Source of the DNA: Squalus acanthias
Taxonomy: Eukaryota
Assembly: GCA_030390025.1 (NCBI GenBank)
Contig: CM059432.1
Span: 108,750,001 to 108,814,000 of the forward strand
Length of the DNA stretch: 64,000 nt
Direction: 5' to 3'
Shown in pieces: positions 51,881 to 62,844 of the stretch. The notes under the pieces are model-generated. The model had not been told where the DNA came from, searched no databases, and saw only the letters and a list, made by a program, of their open reading frames with translations. The first letter of the stretch is position 1, and every line of letters starts with the position of its first letter. The position numbers were made by a program, and so were the translations under genes.

Positions 51881-52059
51881 CAACCCAAATTTCCCAATCA
51901 GCAATAGTTTCACACTTTACCTTCCCTCTGCTACTGACCATCATCGTGTCCTCCTGGCTACTATGCTGAAATAAAAGCCACCACAAAAAAAAATTCCAAT
52001 CCAATTTTATTCATCAATTCATCCAATATAACATATCAAAGTAAACTAATCACCCTTGT

Positions 52060-53917
52060 GCATTCCCTTAGTGCCTGTCTTCAGTGTGCCTTTGCCTGTC
52101 CTAGTGCTCCTATAAAGTGCTACCCCAGTGGCTGCAGAATGGCTGGTGGAAGGTTGTTGACTTCAGCGGGCGAGACTGCAGATGGCCTTGCAGGATGACC
52201 TAGAGCACCTCTGGGTCTAGAAGGCCCAGCTGCGGACTGCACTCCCTTATCATGGATGGCAGCAGTCTGGGCTGGTTGACTGACAGGCAACAGTGGTGGT
52301 GGTGGGGGGACTGGCAGAGTGGCGGTGGTGGGAGGATGAATACTGTCATCCTGAGAGGACAGCAGGTTCGTGCTCCACGGAGACACTGCCACTACCCCAG
52401 GGCGGCACCTCAGCATTCCTAGCCATCTGCTGGAGGACAGATTGCTGGATTACTGTGATACCCTGCAAGCCCCTTTCCACACTGCTAAACGCAGCCAAGA
52501 TGGCAGCAGTCTGAGCTTGCGTGGCAGCAAGTTGAACTTGTATGACTTCAGTTTAAGCTTCACTGCAGTACCCAGAAGTTGGGTGGCTTCTGCTTGTGCT
52601 ACAATGGAAGCTGAGACATCAGCCATCAGATGCTGAATGATGGTTGGGTCCACAAGAGCGTTAATGGATCTGCCCGCCCCTTCCATGCTTGAAAGGATGG
52701 GCTCCAAGCTGTGCACAAAGCCCTGTGCAAAGTTGGTGCCAGATTACTCCATGCTCCTTGATATTGCACTCAGGTTTTCTGGCAGGTCTGCCAATGCATC
52801 AAGCATTTTGTTGTGCATACCCATCAGTATTCTTCTGTAGGGCACCCCATTGACGTCCTCATCTGAGTTCTCTGCCGCAGAACTCGTATGCGACCTCGCC
52901 CTCTGGGGAGCCGGCACCTGTGCTACCCTTTCTCCTTGCCCTGGCTGTAGCCCACTCATTCCTGGTGAGTCACCACGTGCAGATCCCGCCTCTAAGCTAC
53001 CCTCTAAACTCCACGCAGTGCCAATATCTGAGGTGGTGGCTGTGAGTCTCATATCAAGTGATGGTGTTTCTTCTTCTTCATCACTCTCCTCTCTCTCTTC
53101 CTCTTGCACCACAGACTGGCCAGGTTGGATTTCTTGGCTATCTGAAATGAGAAAGGCATAAGAGTAGGGTTATGGTGGTGGGGGTGGGGGGGGGGGGGAA
53201 CGCAAGAGGTGCATGCTTACACCTTGTGCTGATTGCAAATCAGAAGAGATTGTGTGATGAGGGGGAAGTGGGATGTGAGAAGGAAGATAACGTATGAGGA
53301 TACCAGCATCTTGTACTCTTCCAGTCCCGCCAAGAATGGCCAGCACTGTCTCCTCCAAGGGGGTGATGTGATGCAGGCGAGCTAGGTTCTGCTGGTGCTG
53401 GTTATGTGCCACCTTTTCCTGCAAGAGAAAGGGAAGTGTGTCAGTGAGTGTGGTGCAATGTGTTTGGGTGATACGTCTGTCATGGTTGAATAGCTGGCAG
53501 TGTGTGTAAGGTGGGAGATGTGGGTGTGCAGTGGTGAGTGTGTGAGGATGAGGTGAAGCTATGAATGTAAGGTATGATTCGTGTTTGTTACAGATTGTTG
53601 GTAGGTGAGTGATGGGGTTGTGGTGCATTGGGCAGTGTGTGAGGCTAGTGGTGCAGATGGTGGGATATGGCATTTGAAAATGAATTCACTGACCTTGACC
53701 ACTCGTGTGAGGTCATTAAACTTCTTCCTCGGGGCAACACTGCTGGCATTCACCAAATTGGCTATCTGCTGCCATTGTACTTTTGTCTGTTGTCTGGAGG
53801 GCCTCCTGGCCCCTGTGGAAAGAGGACCTCTCTCCTCAAGTTGATCTTGTGCACCAAAGCCTCCAGTGCTGCATTCGATAACCTTGGTGCACACTCTCTC
53901 CCCTGTTGTGCCATCAT
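52060..53917 (-). pseudogene. Harbinger Myb/SANT-like accessory gene, three exons (53917-53694, 53418-53304, 53141 to about 52060)
   Basis: MMAQQGRECAPRLSNAALEALV..REVLFP..WQQIA..KKFNDL. Junctions AAG|gtcagt, ttgcag|GAA, CTG|gtatcc and tttcag|AT keep the frame into the acidic EEEREESDEEEE region. Confidence 0.82.
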
Positions 53918-54994
53918 GAATTGATTTTTTTGCACTGTCGTCCTCAGCCAGTTGAATAATGATCTGCAGGCAGAATGCACCTCCCCTTTAAGAGGTGCAG
54001 ACTGCCTTCATGTAGTGCAGGCTAGATTTAATTGTTGTTAACCTTGCACAAACTTGTGCCCCTTGCTGAGCATTCAGCCACTCAGCAAGCGCGTTCAATG
54101 CTGGACTGAACGCCAAAATCATGCGAATGAGCAGGCAGCACAAAGTTCGTGTGCTGCCTGCTGCCTTCCGAACGGACGCGGGTTGCGAGCGCATCGCGAT
54201 CCCTGCACCCTTTTTCGGGGGCAAACCAATTTCTAGGCCTATATATTTTACCGTAGTTGTTAAGCTTAGCTAGCTCCTCATGTAATGGAATATAATAAGT
54301 TGTTTGCAACTGCTGTGCTAAACTATCATGAAAGCAATATACTTGCATAGCGGTTCTTTTCCTTTTCTTAATATCGATCTTGCCTGACTGTCACTATTTA
54401 AAGGCTGCAGACAAGCTCCCTGATGTGAACAAGACAGGTTGATAAATAACTTCAAAAAGTGACAGGGGCTAAGCAAATTTAAGTAACTATCTGTTAAATT
54501 CAAAAAAGCTGACAATTAAAGAGAGATAGTTTAACATATTCCACAGGACGTTAGTATTTGAAATGAAAGGTTTGGCTCCTCCCTCAAACATCAGGCACAG
54601 ACAACCTGACTAAAATCTGTAACAATTGTATCAAGTTATGACTTTTGGCGTTCTGTGAAGCTGTTTTTTTTAACCCCCTATGTACCATAACAGAATTGAA
54701 CAAGCCAATACCACACTAAATCACAGATAAAAATGCTTAATATTTGTTACAACTTGTTTTTGTGACCTCACTTATCGTAATGAAATTCCTTGTAACCTTT
54801 CAACTGCACTTCAGCCCCTCACTATTATCCAACCAAGTTTCAGAGGTAGCAATTACCTTTAAATTCTCCATGGGAGCATAGTCTGCATTTCCAACATTTT
54901 ACTTCTAGTACTTCTAGGATTAGTTTAAGCACAGTAAAAGGACTCTGTTGATGAATTATGTGCTTCACCCTGTGTAAACCACTTAAATCCCTAT

Positions 54995-56968
54995 CATTGA
55001 ATTGTACTCCACCACAATCTGTAACCTCATGGCTCAGGATATCCCTCACTCTGCCATTACCATCAAGCCAGGGGACCAACCCTGGTTCAATGAAGAGTGT
55101 AGAAGAGCATGCCAGGAGCAGCACCAGGTGTACCAAAAAGTGAAGTGCCAACCTGGTGAAGCTGCAACACAGGACTACATGCATGCTAAACAGCTGAAGC
55201 AGCATGCTATAGACAGAGCTAAGCGATCCCACAACCAACGGATCAGATCAAAGCTCTGCAATCCTGCCACATCCAGTCGTGAATGGCGATGGACCATTGA
55301 ACAACTAACAGGAGGAGGAGGCTCCATGAACATCCCCACCCTCAATGATGGTGGAGCCTAGCACGTGAGTGCAAAAGACAAGGCTGAAGTGTTTGCAACC
55401 ATCTTCAGCCAGAAGTACCGAGTGGATGATCCATCTCAGCCTCCTGCTGAGGTCCCCACCATCACAGAAGCCAGTTTTCAGCCAACTCGATTCACTCCAC
55501 GTGATATGAAGATATGGCTGAGCGCACTGGATACAGCAAAGGCTATGGGCCCCGACAACATCCCGGCTGTAGTGCATGTGCTCCAGAACTAGCCATGCCT
55601 CTAGCCAAGCTGTTTTAGTACAGCTAAAATACTGGCATCTACCCAACAATGTGGAAAATTGCCCAGGTATGTCCTGTCCACAGAAAGCAGAACAAATCCA
55701 ATCCAGCCAATTACCGTCCCATCAGTCTATTCTCAATCATCAGCAAAGTGATGGAAGGTGTCATCGACAGTGCTATCAAGAGGCACTTACTCACCAATAA
55801 CCTGCTTACCGATGCTCAGTTTGGGTTCCGCCAGGACCACTCGGCTCCAGACCTCATTGGTCCCAAAATGGAGATGAGCTGAGAGTGACTGCCTTTGACA
55901 TCAAGGCAGCATTTGACTGAGTGTGGCATCAAGGAGCCCTAGTAAATTGAAGTCAATGGGAATCGGGGAAAACTCTCCAATGGCTGGAGTCATACCTAGC
56001 ACAAAGGAAGATGGGTGTGGTTGTTGGAGACCAATCATCTCAGATCAAGGACATTGCTGCAGGAGTTCCTCAGGGTAGTGTCCTAGGCCCAACCATCTTC
56101 AGCTGCTTCAATAATGACCTACCCTCCAACATAAGGTCAGAAGTGGGGATATTCACTGATGATTGCAGTGTTCAGTTCTATTCGCAACTCCTCAGATAAT
56201 GAAGCAGTCCGTGCCCGCATGCAGCAAGAGCTGGACAACATTCAGGCTTGGGCTGATAAGTGGCAAGTAACATTCACGCCACACAAGTGCCAGGCAATGA
56301 CTATCTCCAACAAGAGAGAGTCAAACCACCTCCCCTTGACATTCAGCGGCATTACCATCAACATCCTGGGTGTCACCATTGGCCAGAAACTTAACTGGAC
56401 GAGCCACATAAATACTTTGGCTACAAGAGCAGGTCAGAGGCTGGGTATTCTGCGGCAAGTGACTGACCTCCTGACTCCCAAAGCCTTTCCATCATCTACA
56501 AGGCACAAGTAAGGAGTGTGATGGAATACTCTCCACTTGCCTGGATGAGTGCAGCTCCAACCACACTCAAGAAGCTCGACACCATCCAGGACAAAGCGGC
56601 CTGCCTGATTGGCACCCCGTCCACCACCTTAAACATTCACTCCTTCCACCACCAGCACACCATGTCTGCAATGTGTACAGTATACAAGATGCACTGCAGC
56701 AACTTGCCAAAGCTTCTGCGATAGCACCTCCCAAACCTGTGACCTCTACCACCTAGAAGGGCAAGGGCATCAGGCGCATTGGAACACCATCACCTCCAAG
56801 TTCCCCTGCAAGTCACAAACCATCCTGACTTGGAAATATATTGCCGTGCCTTCATCGTCATTGGGTCAAAATCCTGGAACTCGCTCCCTAACAGCACTGT
56901 GGGAGTACCTTCACCACAAGGACTACTGCAGTTCAAGAAGGCGACTCACCACCACCTTGTCAAGGGCA
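54995..56968 (+). mobile_element. CR1-clade LINE (second family), 5'-truncated; its tail resumes at 58379-58450
   Basis: [30 protein letters not shown] and FTDD. The tail caagggcaa|...|aattagggatgggcaataaa is split by an insertion. Confidence 0.92.
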
Positions 56969-58378
56969 AATTTGCTGGAGTTCTTTGAGGAAGTAACATA
57001 TAGAGTGGATAAAGGGGAACCAGTGGACGTAGTGTATTTAGACTTCCAAAAGGCATTTGACAAGGTGCCACACAAAAGATTATTGCTTAAGGTAAAAAAT
57101 CTCGGGATTGGGGGTAATATTCTGGCATGGATAGAGGATTGGCTATCCAACAGAATGCAAAGAGTTGGGATAAATGGTTCATTCTCAGACTGGCAATCAG
57201 TAACTAGTGGTGTTCCACAGGGGTCAGTGCTGGGTCCCCAACTCTTTACAATCTATATTAACGATTTGGAGGAAGGGACCAAGTGTAACATATCAAAATT
57301 TGCAGATGATACAAAGATGGGAGGGAAAGTAGTGAGTGAGGAGGACATAAAAAACCTGCAAGGGGACATAGACAGGCTAAGTAAGTGGGCAGAGATTTGG
57401 CAGATGGAATACAACACTGGAAAGTGTGAGGTGATGCACTTTGGCAGGAAAAATCCTAGAGCAATTTATTATCTTAATGGCAAGAAACTGGAGAGTACTG
57501 AAGTGCAAAGGGATCTGGGGGTCCTGGTGCACGAAACTCAAAAGGTTAGTATGCAGGTGCAGCAAGTGATTAAGAAGGCAAATGGAATGTTGGCTTTCAT
57601 TGCTAGGGGGATAGAATATAAAAATAGGGAGGTATTGCTTCAGTTGTACAAGGTATTGGTGAGACCGCACCTGGAATACTGCATACAGTTTTGGTGTCCT
57701 TACTTAAGGAAAGACATCCTTGCTCTCGAGGCAGTGCAAAAAAGGTTCACTCGGTTAATCCCGGGGATGAGGGGGTGGTCATATGAGGAGAGGTTGGGTA
57801 GATTGGGACTCTACTCATTGGAGTTCAGAAGAATGAGAGGCGATCTTATTGAAACATATAAGATTGTGAAGGGGTTGGATCGGGTGGATGCGGGGAGGAT
57901 GTTCCCGATGACGGGTGAGACTAGAACTAGGGGACATAGTCTTAGAATAAGGGGCTGCTCTTTCAAAACTGAGATGAGGAGGAACTACTTCACTCAGAGG
58001 GTGGTAGGTCCATGGAATATGCTGCCACAAAAAGCTGTAGAAGCTACAACATTAATTAAATTTAAAACAGAAATAGACAGTTTCCTAGAAGTAAAGGGCA
58101 TTAAGGGTTACGGGGAGCGGGCAGGAATTTGGACATGAGTCTAGGTTCGGATCGGTCATGGCCCTGTGGGTAGTGGAGCGGGCCCAGGGACCGTGTAGCC
58201 TGATTCTGCTCCTATTTCGTGTGTGCAATTCTGTTAGATGCAGGAGATGGTTCTGTGATAGATAGTAGATTGGCGGTTAGGATCAGATCAGCCATGATCT
58301 TATTGAATGGCGGAGCAGGCTCGAGGGGCCGATTGGCCTACTCCTGCTCCTATTTCTTATGTTCTTATGTTCTTATGT
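56969..58378 (+). mobile_element. Young HER1-like CR1 LINE inserted in the tail of another LINE; open RT frame and double 3' tail
   Basis: NLLEFFEEVT...FADD...GYGERAGIWT is uninterrupted. Ends in (TTCTTATG)n. Confidence 0.94.
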
Positions 58379-58834
58379 AATTAGGGATGGGCAATAAATG
58401 CTGGCCTTGCCAGCGACGCCCACATCCCGAGAATGAATTTTTAAAAAAAGTGAAATTCCCAATTAGTCCACAAGCACATGATTTACCTTTCTCCAGCTCA
58501 TCATTAAAACCACTAACCCTACTGTTACTTTCTGCAGAATCACAAATGACCTGCAATAATCCCAAAGCCTTAAAAGTGGCTCATTCATCCTTCTATCTTC
58601 TGATCATTCTACAGTAATTATCCTTGAAGGGGATAATTCTTTGGCATTATATCATTCATACCAATGTGGAAAGTAATTACAGTTTTATTTGACTAACTAA
58701 CAGAGGATAGATAAGCAAAGTGTAGTGATGGATTTAGCAAAGTGTAAGAAGGATTGTGAAAGACTGCAGGAAGTCATAGTGGGATGAGCAGATAAGTAGC
58801 AGATGCAGTTCAACTTCAAAAAATGTGAAATAAT

Positions 58835-59578
58835 GGCCCAAAAATTTGTGTTGATACGCGAGAGTACGCACTGTGTACTCTCGCGTATTCTGTCTCCAAT
58901 TGCCGGTTTTCTGCATGCACTGCGCATGCGCTGAAAACCGGCACTTGGTGAATGGAAAAGGGGGCGGTTCCTAAGTGAACCGCGTGCGCGCTACAGGCTG
59001 CGCGCATGCAGTGCACTTAGTGGTTTCAACGCGCAGGTAAGTATGGAAGATTTTACACATAAAAAAAGGAGGAATAAGACCCACTTTTAACAAGGTAAGT
59101 AGTGAATTAAGTATTATTTTGAATTTTTTTTAACAGGTATATCTTTTTTAGAGACTTTAAAGACAGGTAAGTTTATTTTTATAACTTTTTAAAAGATTTT
59201 AAATTTTTTCAAAAATTTAATTTTTTATTTAAAATGGTTAATTTATTTAACTATACTTATTTTATTAATGTGATGGGTTTTTTTTTAAATTTAATTGAGG
59301 TTTAGCTGTTCTTTTGGGGGGCTATAGTATTCATAGCTTTCACAGCACTTATGTGAAAGTTATGAATGGAAGATGGTGTGCTGCCATTGGCTCTAACTGA
59401 GTCACGTGATCCCACAGCTCGCACGAATTAACTGCGCCTGTGGGATACGCAAGCCCAGCACAGCAGCTGTCCAGAACATCAAGTTCGTGCGAGCTGGAAC
59501 TGAAAAAGCCAACGCGCAGTGAGAGATCGCGGGGAAGCCTTACCCTCGCACGAAGGCTTCCTCACGAATTTTTGTGCC
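58835..59578. mobile_element. MITE family B relative, inverted relative to 34000-34714, inserted in an old CR1
   Basis: TIRs GGCCCAAAAATT / AATTTTTGTGCC, flanked by AAT/ATT. Shares hairpins with the 34000 element. The flanks are CR1 (aaatgtgaaataat|...cagagggac). Confidence 0.82.
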
Positions 59579-59671
59579 ATTATATTTCTGAAGTAAGGAA
59601 ATACACCTTAAATGGTCAGATTTTAAATGGAGTAGAAGAACAGAGGGACATTGCTATGCAGCTACATTTTT

Positions 59672-60082
59672 AAAAATTATTTCATGGGATGTGGGCATCG
59701 CTGGCAAGGCCAGCATTTATTGCCCATCCCTAGTTGCCCTTGAGAAAGTGGTGGTGAGTTGCCTTATTCAGCTGAGTGGCTTGCTAGGCCAGTTCAGAGT
59801 CAACCACATTGCTGTGGGTCTGGAGTCACATATAGGCCAGACCACATGAGGACGGCAGATTTCCTTCCCTAAAGGACATTAGTGAACCAGATGGGTTTTT
59901 ATGACAATCCGGTAGTTTCATGGTCACCATTACTGATACTAGCTTTTTATTCCAGATTTATTTAATTAACTGAATTTTAATTCCCCAGTTGCCACGGTGA
60001 GATTTGAACTCATATCTCTGGATCATTAGTCCAGGCCTCTGAATTACTAGTCCAGTAACATAACCACTATGCTACTGTTCCC
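59672..60082 (-). mobile_element. Complete tRNA-derived SINE (MER131-like from memory) with a CR1-clade LINE tail
   Basis: Reverse-strand A and B boxes. The 3' ~90 nt match the LINE tails at 13118-13205 and 1095-1180. Confidence 0.85.
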
Positions 60083-60556
60083 TTTAAACCATTATTGAAG
60101 TAGAGACAATAAATTCTTTTAAAACAAATTAAATAGTTGATTAAAAAATAAATGTAATGGGGGCAGAGCAGGAGAGTGGGATTAAACTGGGTGGCTGATG
60201 TGGAAAAAAAGCAGACTTGATGGGCTGAATGGCCTGTATCTGTGCAGGAACTTGCCGTGTGATCTGTGTTTGGATCATATCTGTCAGTGTCCTATTTTAA
60301 GCCAGCTATTTGCATACTCAGAAAACGTACACTGATGTCCCTACTTTCAGAAGTGCATCTGCAAATTCATAATTTTGCACATGGTCCTCATTATTGGCTT
60401 TGCACAAGACCTTAGAAGTTCTAAATGTTTTTTTTCAGCAGTGTTTATGGAAGAATAGAGGCACTAACTAGCGACAAAAGATCTACTGGTCTTTTTATCC
60501 TAACTGCATTCATTTTATGGCCACACTTTTTTTATCATTAATTTGTGAACAGAAGT

Positions 60557-60652
60557 GGGGTGAAATTGGTCTTGGGCATGGGTGGGATGTAAAGTAGACT
60601 ACTGATTCGCTATAACCCATTTTGTGTTAGTGCCCAAGACCAATTCCACCCC
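60557..60652. mobile_element. Short family C MITE
   Basis: GGGGTGAAATTGGTCTTGGGCA / TGCCCAAGACCAATTCCACCCC TIRs. Confidence 0.8.
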
Positions 60653-61433
60653 CCCAGGAATTCTGTCCTAGAGTATTTTATATGTTAGCTTTAGTCATTC
60701 TGTGTTGCAGAGTGTGTTGTATCTGATTCCTCTGTGTAGTATATATTGTGCAATGTGTGCATTTAGTTTCATTATATAGTGTATATAATAGTGTGTTTTA
60801 TATGGATACACACTATAGTGTGTGTAATAAAGAGAGTTTTAAAACTTTTACCATGTAGTGTGGGTAATAGTGTTTTAAAGGATTTTACTGTGTAGTGTGC
60901 TGTACAAATGGTTTATAAGGTTTTGCTATGTAGTGTGTGCCAATTTGTTAAATTTATTTAACTCTAAATTTTAAAGGAGATGATATTGATACTTCTCTTA
61001 GTGATTCTGGACCATCAGCAAACCACCATAAGTGTAACAAAGGTGCCTGATCTGAATAGCCTAATACCTTTGCGTGTCAATATGATGGACAGTACAAACA
61101 GTACGAAAAGGTTAAAGCGTGCTATTCTTATTGGCTATGACTTACAGGCAAAAGTATAAGAAACGGTGGAAAATGTCACACAGTGTGAATAAAGAATTAG
61201 TCATAGGACTTGCTGGTGAGTGGAAATGGAAACAAGGCGCAAACCAACATTGGTTCAGGCCTCTCAACACGGTATTGTGTGGAAGTTGAAGATCGGCCCC
61301 AGTATCTCTAAAGGCCTGCCTAATTTTGTAAGATATGTGACCAGCATCAATATAAACTGGGGGAAGCACAGCAAAGCTGGATTGGAACCCCTACCCATTG
61401 TTAATAAAATTTTAAAATGAATGGGTGTAGTCT

Positions 61434-61770
61434 AGGGACTTGAGCACATAATCTAGGCTGACACTTCAGTGCAGTACTGAGGGAGTGCTGCACTGTTGGA
61501 GGTGACATCTTTCAGATGAGACGTTAAACCGAGGCCTCCTCAGGTAGATGTAAAATATCCCATGGCATATTTTGAAGAGCAGGGGAATTCCCCCCAGTGT
61601 CCTGGTCAATATTTATCCCTCAACCAACATTACTAAAAATAGATTATCTGGTCATTATTTCATTGCTGTCTGTGGCACGTTGCTGTCTGCAAACTGCCGC
61701 GTTTCCTACATTACAACAGTGACTACACTTCAAAAGTACTTCATTGGCTGTAAAGCGCTTTGGGGTGTTC
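61434..61770 (+). mobile_element. 5'-truncated Deu-domain SINE
   Basis: Homologous to the 25623 and 14846 copies. Confidence 0.8.
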
Positions 61771-62844
61771 TTTCTTTTTTTCTTTCTTTGGCCGCAAAAC
61801 ATTTTAAAAGTTTCTTTCTTTCTATCTTTACAACTTTCTTGTTATACTTTATACTTTGTGTTATACTTGGCAGTATCTGCTCTGCATCCTGATATTGGGT
61901 GTCATTAGATATCAGACTTTTATACTGAGGGACTTTCATACTATCAGAAATTCAAATGGTGGTGAGTTCCAAGCTGAATGAAGGGAATATTAAAGGGAAC
62001 ACCCTGCAGTCCTGTGTGATTCTGAAGTCAACTTGGCTTCACAAATAATAAATAAGATCAGAAGCTGAGCTCCTAAATGAAACTGCTCAAGTTGTCGATG
62101 AATCTGGAATCCTGGAAATTGTGTGCTTCTATTTTCAGTAATCATGGAATGCTGCAGCATGTAAACTGGCCATTTGTCCCATCAAGTCTATGCTGGTGTT
62201 TCTCTTCATATGAGCCACTCTCCTGCTTGTTCCCCATACCCCTTAATATTCATTTTTTTATTTAATGTCCTTTTAAAAGAATTTACGGACTCTGCTTCAG
62301 CAATGGTTTGTGGCAGAGTTCCCCATTCTAACCACACTCTGTGTAAAGACATTTTTCTTTCAATCTAGAATGAGTCCGAACTTTGCTTTTAATAAATATC
62401 ATCCCATCAGAAGCATATTGAATATTGAATGGTTACCCCACCAAACTGTGTAAATCATTGGACACTCATAGAGGGGGGGAAATCCAATTTCTTTTCACCC
62501 AATTTTTAGGTGTGAAATGAATGATGGGGATCTCATGCACCCGATCAGCCCTGCAAGTGCACCAGCCACCATATTGGAAGCAGGTGCCTTTTATGTGTCC
62601 AGGATGCCCACCTGAAACAGGCATTAAGCACCTTTCAAATGCAAATCAGGGTCCTAATACCAATTGTAGGACCCTGATGCAAAATTCAGGTACAAATGAG
62701 TGGAGATTGCTCCTTCAAGCTCCACCTTGTTGTACCAGGTCTTGAGCGGACTAACCAGTGCTCCTTAAAGGGACCGCTGGAGACCATTCAAGTATTGGCC
62801 ACAAAACATTTTAATAGTTACATTACAGGCCATTGCTGGCCTGG

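Larger units (their letters stand above)
50108..54239. mobile_element. Full-length (4132 bp), now defective, PIF/Harbinger DNA transposon
   Basis: 19-bp TIRs GGACTAAAAATTTGTTTGC vs GGCCTAGAAATTGGTTTGC (16/19 match). TAT on both flanks. Convergent transposase and Myb/SANT genes. Confidence 0.92.

Noticed and set aside
56846..58138. 430-aa ORF as a novel RT fusion gene
   Set aside because: The N-terminal ~40 codons are an off-frame read of another LINE's tail, joined by chance to a 5'-truncated CR1 insertion.
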